Below are positions 1 through 9,400 of a stretch of 34,398 nucleotides of DNA, piece after piece. A program made the position numbers and the translations under genes. Source of the stretch: Nemertoderma westbladi (lineage: Eukaryota; Animalia; Xenacoelomorpha); the NCBI GenBank assembly GCA_032718475.1, contig JAUCBJ010003191.1, forward strand, positions 1 through 34,398. Reading direction: 5' to 3'. Within the stretch, counting starts at the first letter, position 1. Every line of letters starts with the position of its first letter. The notes under the pieces were generated by a model that saw nothing but the letters and a program-made list of their open reading frames with translations, did no database searches and had not been told where the DNA came from.

Positions 1-125
1 TGTGTTTGTTAGCTTTATAGTTTAGTTTTTTATATTTATAGTTTAGTTTTTTTAGATTTATAGTTTAGTTTTTTTTAGCTTTATAGTTTAGTTTAGTTTA
101 GTTAGGGGGGGGGGGGGGGGGGGGG
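1..125. repeat. Low-complexity (TTTAG/TTTATAG)-like degenerate repeat ending in a G21 homopolymer
   Basis: Repeated tttatagtttagttttt units at 1-104 and a G run at 105-125. Confidence 0.6.
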
Positions 126-466
126 TCACTAATTAATAAAAAAAATCGATTTTTCAATTACAATCCCCTCTAGTGCAGATTTTTATGTAACCACAACTGT
201 TTATTTATATACTATTTACTAAACATCACTATTTATCACATAAGTTTTCAATTCTATAAATGTTTGCTGAGATGTTGCGATTGTGACGCGATTGAGGGTT
301 TGAAGATAATCCTTACAATATTCTTCAAGTGCAGAGTTTAGCAATAGCGGGGGATGCTTTACCTTCAGTGTCTCTGCTGCTTCTTCTAATCTTTCGACAT
401 CGAGGTCTAGTCCCTGTTGTTCACTCCCGTAAGACTCAGGATGGTTGAAAATGTAGTCTGGGATAC

Positions 467-662
467 CTGAAAGGAAAATGAGCAAAACATATCTAAAATT
501 ATATAGTACCATGTATTAGTAGACTATTGGAAACTAACTGTAACTAGTACAATTACCCTCTGATTATGCAACTGCCACCCTCACCAAACACTATTGCGAC
601 CCAACAGATTCATCTAAATTCCAAACAGGTGTCGCAATTGTCCTAACTTCCCTACCACTAAC
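467..662 (-). other. Phase-1 spliceosomal intron (196 nt) of the transposase gene
   Basis: Donor CAG|GTTAGT at 663/662 and acceptor TTTTCCTTTCAG|GT at 467/466. Splicing fuses ORFs 658-1527 and 219-512 in frame. Confidence 0.85.
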
Positions 663-1577
663 CTGTTGGCAAATCAATTTTCTGTGCGCGTATCCTATGA
701 CTATTCCATTCTTCGATGAATTTATCAAGAATTTCTTGAAGCACAGGTAAATACACCATTGCCATTAACTGTCGATCAACTTGACTCCCTGGATCATAAT
801 TGTGACAATGAAGCAATTCCCGCAGTTGGTCTTTCAGCACACCCTCAACCCGGTCTGTCAACTCCCTCCACCAACGCTCTATCTTATTCGTAGTCGATGG
901 ACCATAAATTATGCTCTCCGATGCATCTTCAAAAACATCTAGGGTTTCAATTAAGTATGCATGTAAAGTCGCGGCCTTACCCGTTTCAGTTCCACAATCA
1001 AAGCGGCAGTAAATTGGGATCTGATTAGTTTCCTTGAGCATTTCATAATATAAGTTGCCAATAACGATGGGATTTGAGTTAGAATAAACTGCCTTGCACA
1101 TTAGGACTTTCCTGGAGTATGTATCCAAGCATCCATAAATTCCTATAGGAAAAGTTGAGTTTTGAAATCCACAGGGTTTGTCATGGCCATCGAAACTTAG
1201 CATAAACATTGGACCATCGGATGTGAAATTTCCTTTCATTCTCTTCTTTTTAAATCTTGGCGTACGATGTGCCATTCCTTCAGGGTCAACCGCTTTCATA
1301 ACTGCATGCGTTACCTTACGTGGAATTTTTATGTCATGTTGTACTCGAAGTCTTTGATTGACTGCGCGATACCCCATGTCTCGACAGTTTCCGTTAAGTT
1401 CGTTTTTCACTGTTTGTATTATGTTATCCAAATTTTCTGCGTAATTGATATATTTAACTTCGAAAAATCGTAATCGTCGATCGGGCGTCCTTAAGCTCCA
1501 GTCATAATAATTAAATTCGTCTTTCACAAGATTTAAAATCTCTTTTCTGTGGAAGTTTTTCCTAACTAAATCCTTAA

Positions 1578-3223
1578 CCCTATTAAACCCAGAGGGGGGT
1601 CAATATGACCCCCCCCCCCCCCCCCCCCCCCCCGTGGTTTTTTATTATAATTCTGAAACAAACGCAGTTGGGAATCTGAAATTTTATGACTTTTCCTAAA
1701 AATCTATTGTCTTCCTAGTAGTGAAAACCGTTTTCAAAAATATTGGGTAGTTTTCGAGTTATAGCACCATTTTTTAACCCTACTTTTGGCACTTTTTTTG
1801 AGACGTTTTTTGAAAATTACATTTCATTAAATATGAATTGTAACATCTCTATTTTTGATTTACACCGGTTTTTTTGGTGTTAGAAATTGGATAGAATTCA
1901 TATAAATTGATTTAGAAATTTCAAACTTGTTTTTTTCGGTGGGTGCCAAATTTTGGTGCCAGCACCAAATTTTGAAATATGTCAATTTTGTTAATTGATT
2001 GTTTGAAACTTGTTTTTTACGCAATTGGGGTTTTTTGGGGTTCTGAATTCGATGAACATGAAATATATACGAGTTACACCAAGCGTATCAATCTTGTATT
2101 TTTCGGTGCTGTGTGCAAATTTTGGTGCTATCACGAAATTTTGAAGATCCATTCAATAGATAAAATTGCTTGTGAGCATTTATTTCTTGCGTTTTAGAGG
2201 TTTATGGCTGTTCTGAATTCAATGGAATATATAATTATCGAACTAGACATCTCAAACTTGTATTTTTCGGATATGGGTGCAAAATGTGGTGCTAGCACCA
2301 AATTTTGAAAACCATCAAATATATCAATTGATTGTGTCATCTTGTTTCTTGCGTTATACGGGTTTGTGATGGTTCTGAATTCAATGGAATCAGTAAAAAT
2401 TTCATAAGAGTTCTCAAACTTGTATTTTTCGCCGGTGACTGAAAATTGTTGTGCCAGCACCAAATTTTGGAAAATATGCAAATTGATCAGTAGATAGTAT
2501 CACCGTGTTTATTGCGTTATACGGGTGTATGAGGGTCCTGAATCCGATGGAATCAATAAAAACAGCACTGGACATCGCAAACTTGTACTTTTTGGTGATG
2601 GGTACTAAATTTGGTGCTAAAATTTGCCAAATTACGCCGAAAAATACAAGTAGCAATGATCTGGCATATTAGAAATGTATTCCATTAGAATCAGCGCCCT
2701 CGAAAACCTGAAAATACGAATTTATAGCATCGTATAAGTGAATTAAAAATTTTGTGTTCTAACTGAAAAGTGCTGGTTTCTTGTTTTTTTCATTTTTTTC
2801 CTACGCAGAGAGGACTAAACAGCCATTTATAGTAATCATATTATTTTTAAATATTTTCCAATGTATTTTATACCCCAAAAAACCTGTATTGAAAAATAAT
2901 TAGAAAAAAAAATTATTTATAATTTAAAAAAAAATTATTAGTAATAAATAATAAAATAATTGAAAAATTAATATAAAATGTAACTTTCAAATTTTGTGAA
3001 AATTGTGCACTACTTGTAATTTTGGTGCTGCAATATAACCACCCAAGTACATTTTTTCTAAAATTTTTTTTCGGTCGGATCCATACAAGTGATACCTACG
3101 TACAAACAAAAAATCAGACGTTTTCGTAAATATTTGTAGATTTTAGAGGGGGGGGGGGTCCAATATGACCCCCCCCCCCCCCCCGGTATTTGTACAACAT
3201 TTTATAGCCCGGTACTAATAGGG
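1578..3223. mobile_element. Non-autonomous piggyBac-type (TTAA) DNA transposon/MITE
   Basis: TTAA at 1574-1577 and 3224-3227. Termini are CCCTATTA.../...TAATAGGG. Subterminal palindromes GGGGGGTCAATATGACCCCCC lie at ~1595 and ~3150. Excision restores the interrupted ORF. Confidence 0.85.
1920..2630. repeat. About 5 diverged tandem copies of a ~163-bp unit inside the TTAA element
   Basis: The motif caaacttgtatttttcgg...ggtgc.agcaccaaattttg recurs at ~1922, 2089, 2252, 2415 and 2578. Confidence 0.75.
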
Positions 3224-3802
3224 TTAAGTTTAGTTTTTAATACAACATCACTTTGCCAAATACACGTAGTCGCCATCTCCTCATTTGAGATGTAGTGAGC
3301 TGTCCACTGTCAGACTGCTTACATGACTGTGGGGTGTGGAGTTAGGAGGCGTCTGTCATAAGTGGAGATAATTATATTAATGTATTATTATTAGTTACTG
3401 GCATTAATAAACCGAATAAGACAATAGTCAGGCATAGTGCTGCGAACTGAAATGAACATGTTTATTGAAATGAACGTGTTTATTAGAACTGAAATCGAAA
3501 CAAGTCCAATTTTCTTTCAGTTCGCAGCACTAGTCAGACAGTAACTACAACCTACTAATGCAATAGCTAGCGATATGGTAGGGTAGATACCATACAATAA
3601 AAAATGAGCAGGGAAACAACGTGCAGCAACTTGTTGCTGCACACCTCCCACGCAGAAACAAGTTTCAGAAACAAGTTGCTCCTTGTGAGGGGGGCCTAAC
3701 AGGCAGAGCAACAAAGTTGAAAAGTCAGTACTGCAGTACTGTAGTACCGGCATCTGGAACTGCGGTAGACCTACTGTGTGATGTGATGTGCTCTGGTCCA
3801 AC

Positions 3803-4375
3803 AGTATTACTGATTCTGGGGGCAGTGGCAGTCCTGGGCCACGAGGGATATTTTATTTTTTTTATTATTTTTTTTAATGGCAGCCATGGGCCAACCGTTA
3901 TCTGATTATGGGGTGATGGCAGTCCTGGGCCACGTGGGGTGTTTTTTTTTCTTTAACAGTATTTATTTTTTATGGAAATTTTTTCGTGAGTATTTGTTAA
4001 ATTATTTTTTTAATGGCAGCCATGGGGGCCAATACTATTACTGATTCTGGGGGCAGTGGCAGCCCTGGGCCACGAGGGGGTATTTTATTTATTTTTATTT
4101 TTTTTTTAATGGCAGCCATGGGCCAACTTTTACCTGATTATGGGGTGATGGCAGCCCTGGGCCACGTGGGGTGTTTTTTTTCTTTAACAGTATTTATTTT
4201 TTATGGAAATTTTTTCGTGAGTTTTTTTTTTCCTTTATTTTTCAAGATTTTTTTACTGAGATTTTTTTAAAGATATTTTATTTTACTTATTTTTTTAAGG
4301 TATTTTTTCCACTTATTTTTTATTTAAATATTTTATCAAGAGTTTTATAGTGGCAGCCATGGGCCACCATATACT
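3803..4375. repeat. ~235-bp tandem duplication built from tggcagcc(a/c)tgggcca sub-repeats and T tracts
   Basis: tattactgattctgggggcagtggcag occurs at ~3805 and ~4037. The sub-motif occurs 8 times, the last at ~4351. Confidence 0.75.
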
Positions 4376-5955
4376 AGTGGTCAAATTTCTGGTTGAAAGT
4401 GATGAACTCTGGGTTTTGTGGGTTTTATATCTTTCAATATTAAATTATTCAATTTTAATTAATTTTTCAATGACAAATGCTAATTTTTTTTTTAATATTA
4501 TATTAAAAGAAAAATTATTAATAGAAGGACTATTATTAATAGGAGGGCTGGGGCAATATTGTGGGCAATATTGTGGGGCAGGTGATTATACTAGGGGTAC
4601 CACCTACCTTACCTGTCTTACTTTCTTATTTTTCTTTGGACAAGCCTGGGCTGGGATAATGTGAATTCTATCTGGTCTGGATGCTAATGTTACTTCAACA
4701 AAGTTTGCCTTGTGGCTTGCCTGAGGAGACATTTTCATTAAAGTGAATATACAATAAAATGTAAAATGTGTATAAATGTCATATAAATGGGATCTTTGGG
4801 AGGGGGGTCACATGTTTTTATTTGGTTTTCTTATTATTTGCTTGTGTTCGTTAATATTTTGGTTTTCATGGGTGATAAAATTAAATCAAAATTAAAAATT
4901 CAATATTTTGCATAAGTTATTAAGTATAGTGACCGTTTCTCTCAAGAGGGGGGGGGGGGGGGGGGGGGGGGGCACGTGCCCCCGTGCCCAAAACTCTAAA
5001 ACAATATATGGCAGCCCCTCGGCTACACCACTATTATAACTCAATAGTGGTGCGAGCATAAAACTCAAATCACGCAAATTTACAAGAACCGGGTATGTTG
5101 TCATAATATCTACAGTATCTCCACAGGTTATTCTGCTTGACTGGGTCTGGGTGCCAGGGTGCGAATTTGCTTTTGGGACGGTGTGCTGATTGAAAGGGGG
5201 GGGGGGGGGGTGAAGGGGGGAACTTCCCCCCTTTTCACTTTGACTGATTTGCGGTTTTGTTAAATTTCTTGGATATAGTTGTTGTGATGCTAAAATTTAA
5301 TTTGTCTTTGATAATGTATTATTTTGTTTCATATTGTTTAGACCTTCAATTTTCATAATATTAGTTGAGTTTTTGTTTATACATTTGCTCTATAACATAT
5401 TAAATAATTTGTATTTTTTCAAAAAATTGAATGAAACTGTTATCACTATTATTATCTTACTAGAACTACTGACACTGATGTGGAACAACTAGGATATTTG
5501 CGCTTTTAGTTTTAGTAACTATAGCTACCCCTTTCTATTGTTAGTTTTGTTCTATAATCCAGCATTGTTGATTGCCTTAGCAGCCGGTGTTGTACAATTT
5601 GTATGGAAATGGAGTCTGCATTTATAATATAGGGTGGTTCTAGGGTGGGTTCAGGGTCATCACTCGCTCGGTGTCCTGGTTGTGCATCATGGGAATTTTT
5701 TATAAATATTCGGTAATCTTACTGTATATCTTGTAAACCTGCTTGATAATGGAAATATTTGCTTTATATTATATTTTTGTTAGTGGTAGCAAAGTTTCAC
5801 TTTTTATTATGTGGGACGAGCCACAAATTCAGCTAGCCTCACGCCTTACAGTTTAGACAATTGTTTAGTTCACTTACTGCTGACTGACTGACAAGGTTCA
5901 TTTGTAATAGTCTTGGCTAGGATTCTTCCCCCGGGCTCCTTCCTTTCTAGTAGGT

Positions 5956-7114
5956 TGTTTGCGCTTTTAAGACCTTTGACAGTTTAACCTGCCAAATTAG
6001 GATGTCTTTTGGATGATATATAGTCTTTAGCCTATGACGAGTATTTGATACACTACATTAGCCGAAGCCAGTCTATGCGCAATCATTCACCCGCTGGATA
6101 TACCCGGGAGACTGAATTCGGAAGCTTAATGATTGATGGTGTAAGCCTACCGTATTATTCGACTGATCGTAATATATAATCTCTGACAAATATTATTCAC
6201 TTTCGGGAAATATTAACAGTTCCTTTAGGACGTGGCGCTCTAAATATGTAAACAGAGTTATGACTTAAACTAGACACAACGAAAAGGCTATAGATTCACG
6301 TATATGGCGCATTCTTTAGGAGATGCTTTGTTATCAGTCACAATCATACACAATGCTGCACAATGCTGCACACCAATCTGCCGACCTTCACTAATTTTAG
6401 TCACATACAAAGAGAATAACAGACAATACATGTAGGGCCTATAAAATAGCATTAGATTCACTTCAAACCACTTAACATAGGTCGCAATCGTTTATCTGTA
6501 ACCGGTCTCTCTAACCTTTAGTATATCAAGAAGGTTGGGTGTCTGACTATTGATCAGTTAAATATAATATAATCTTCCATCAATAAATATAATGAATAAC
6601 CGACAGCAAAAGCAGTAATGTTAAGTAAGATATGCATGATATGTTTAGTAAGCATTGATAAGGTAACTCGATAACAGATATACGTTCTATAATTAAGCCT
6701 ACTAATGTAAGACTAAAGACTGAAACACGGAGGTGCCAAAAGCCGGTGTTCTTAGGCTCTGGGCAAAAACATAACACTGAATTCCTGAGTTTCTGTATCC
6801 ACCTCCAACACAGAGACAAAAAACGCTCTGATTGGTCGACCGAACAACGAGAGAACAAAGAAACAAAGAAATGTCGATGTGGCAATATCAGCTGTTAGCC
6901 GTCGTCATAGTAGCGACACTGTTTTCAAGAGTATCGAGCTTATTGCGTCACGAAATTGCGGATTATGTCCTCTAAAGTACAAATACAGAAGAAATGGCTT
7001 TTATGTCCTCTAAAACACCAGTACAGCAAGGACACGGCCTTTTTATGCCTGGTAAACCAACCACAGAGTACTTTACGGGGATAATAACCGGCTAATTACG
7101 CAAAAGCTTTTACA
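5956..7114 (-). repeat. 3' LTR (1159 bp)
   Basis: TGTTTGCGC...CTTTTACA, about 99% identical to 14942-16099. By eye there are 4 substitutions plus one 6-7 nt block difference. Confidence 0.95.
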
Positions 7115-7122
7115 CCGCTCCC
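7115..7122 (-). other. Short polypurine-tract-like site before the 3' LTR
   Basis: The minus strand reads GGGAGCGG immediately before the TGTAAAAGC start of the 3' LTR, consistent with gag orientation. Confidence 0.55.
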
Positions 7123-9058
7123 AGAAAATGGGATTTAAGTCTATAAAATATAACAAATCACAGTTTCTAAAATATAAAGATACTCTAAACAGTTAGTCTT
7201 TCTTACGCAGACGGCGTTTACGCAGTTTTTTTTTGAGGCTAGCAAGAGTCCTTTTCTCTTTGGGGCGAGCCACTTTACTAGGAGGGCTATAAATCCTGGG
7301 TGAAGGGTGCAATATGATTGCATCAGAAGGTGTAGGATTATGTTCGGGGTATCCGCCGTTTCGATATGCTTCTCCTCGAGCTGATTTTCCTCCGCTCGTA
7401 GCTGGATACGTTCATCCAAAAACTCTCGCAGAGAATGGGGTTGCCTAAGTTCGATATCTTCTTAGAGATTCTGGATTTTACAATCGAACTGAGATAAAGA
7501 CAATTCGTTTATCGCTTGGACTTGCTGTTACAACTTACGTTTATCTGAACAAACGCAGGTTTCCTTTCTGATCTTTGTAGAATAGCGTTTAACTCGTTTG
7601 GTACAACGTTCTCCACCACTTTGGTGACAGGTTATATCGTGTTAAGCCGGGACGGGACGATGGTAAGGGTTAAACGGCGATATTAAATGTCCGCGTCCCA
7701 ATCCGGCTAGGTAGAATGGGCTAGTATCTAGGAAGCCCACAACTGGGGTGCCACCGACTAATTGTTCAGGTAACACTAGATCTTTGAGCAGTGAGTACAG
7801 CTCGGGAGGATCCGTCATACTAATAGGATCAAATCAAGAGTCTGAAGTCTCACTAGGGAATGAGGAGTTCTGATCGAGTATTCCGAAACTCTGATCATTG
7901 GTTTATTTAAGGATCGTCTGAGTCGAACGAGCGTAGGTGATACATCGAACAAGTTTCGCTCGAAACTCCCGTAAGTATAGCGAGTAAAACCGTGTTTAAA
8001 GCAACGTCTCCGCGGATGTTTATGTCTTTCCGTTTGTTGGTTGGGTCTTGGGCATTACACTTAATATAGTGGATCTCCGCTCCCATGATCTATTAATTAA
8101 TGGAATTTTGGGAATGTTATAAATTGTATAAAATTGCAATTTATTAAATTCATTAAAGTATGAATTTAAATTTATTCCCTGAAATTTTATTATTTGATAG
8201 TTAAATTGACACAATTTGATTCCAGAGCATATCTGGGGACATATGATCCTTGATTCTATGAATTTGTCTTTTTAAGAGTATCGGTAAATGCTACGATATC
8301 TTAATCGACTAGAATGTTAAAGGATCTAAAATTTGACAGATTTTGTAAATATTAATAATTAATATTTAGGATGGGCACCAGTTTATTTCAGAACTTGTCT
8401 GGGGACGTTAACCACTGATTCTAGAATTTTGTCTTTCAAGTATATCTGTGGGTGCCGCGATATCTTAATCGACTAGAATTGCAGATGGTCAAAGGGTTTA
8501 ACAGATTTATTTTGCGTTATACGCTACTGTTAAAGGGACATCACGCTACTATATGTATTATTTAATATACGGTATGAGAGCAATATCGCACGAAGCAATG
8601 TCAGTGAGAAGAGGCAAGTCGTTTCCAAGGTCTACCCGGAGCTTGGTTTAGCCGAGACACGAGAATCTGAACTTTGCATTCCTAATACTCTGCCTACCAA
8701 TAATACTTGAATATAGTAGTGGCTTTATTGTACTTTAATAAGTACGGATATGTCATCTTACTGTAGTTACGTATTTGTAATGTAATACGGACAGTAAGGA
8801 AGGAGAAAAAGAATTATTTCTCGCTGTCGCACTAAATATAATATATACGTAATTAAGTAATAAACGCGAATATATTGCACTAATCTACTAAATAATCACT
8901 AAATAACATTCTACTAAATAAAATTAAAGAAAACGATTATAATAAAATTACATAATAATACATACATAATATAAAATAATAAAATAAATATAAAATAATG
9001 TAGTCACACACCCACTCCGTATGTTGTTACGTTATGGAGTCCCTAGATATTTGTTGGA

Positions 9059-9400
9059 TTAGGGAGGTGGTCGTGGGAAGAGTATCTTGCCTTCCATAGT
9101 TTCCGGACAGTTTTCGGTCTCTTTCCAGTAAACATAAAGACCAGCTGGGCGATTGAGTGGTTGTGTTACTTTCTCCGCTCCCTTGGCCTGTCTAATCTTC
9201 GCCGGGTTAAGATGGGGAGGCCATTCATCTTCTTTACTTAGGAAGTCGGGTTCACCTAACCAGTCTGGAGTATCTGTAAGTTCTTGAGGAGTTGCTCCTC
9301 TGGAGGCGATGTCGGCTAGATTGATAGTCTCGGGGCAATGTCTCCATTGATCTACATTGGAGTTGATGTCGTCATTATCTGAGGAGTATGGTGTTCCCTC
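9059..9400 (-). pseudogene. Remnant of BEL/Pao pol (end of the RNase H region)
   Basis: QWRHCPETINLADIASRGATPQEL..W..EPDFL...WP matches the Pao WRHVPxxxNPADxxSRG motif. PR, RT and IN are absent. Confidence 0.8.

Larger units (their letters stand above)
219..3276 (-). pseudogene. IS3-like (IS3EU-type) DDE transposase/integrase-core gene, interrupted by a TTAA insertion; coding pieces 3276-3224 + 1573-663 + 466-219
   Basis: ORF 658-1527 has FDGHDK..GCLDTYSR, RFDCGTE and STTNKIERWWREL, giving a D-D-E triad. Removing 1578-3227 joins ATG 3276 in frame (MATTCIWQSDVVLKTKLKDLVRKNFHRKEILNLVKDEFNYYDWSLRT). Splicing out 662-467 gives LPTGIPDYIFNHPESYG. The IS3EU label is recalled from motifs, not searched. 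Confidence 0.8.

Noticed and set aside
1-125. Telomeric repeat
   Set aside because: The TTTAG-like units are irregular and T-rich, not a regular TTAGG or TTAGGG array.
3510-3905. Divergent second gene of the IS3-like element
   Set aside because: An acceptor-like site and short ORFs exist, but there is no recognisable domain and the ORF runs into a tandem repeat.
4940-5032. hAT-like MITE end (G25...GGCTACACCACT)
   Set aside because: It resembles a MITE terminus, but I could not find a matching second end or a TSD.
6580-6885. 101-aa ORF present twice (also at 15565-15870)
   Set aside because: It lies inside the LTRs, has a non-ATG start and no recognisable motif. Its duplication simply reflects LTR identity.
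8213-8510. ~166-bp diverged tandem pair as a regulatory module
   Set aside because: The duplication within the element's 3' spacer is real, but nothing points to a function.
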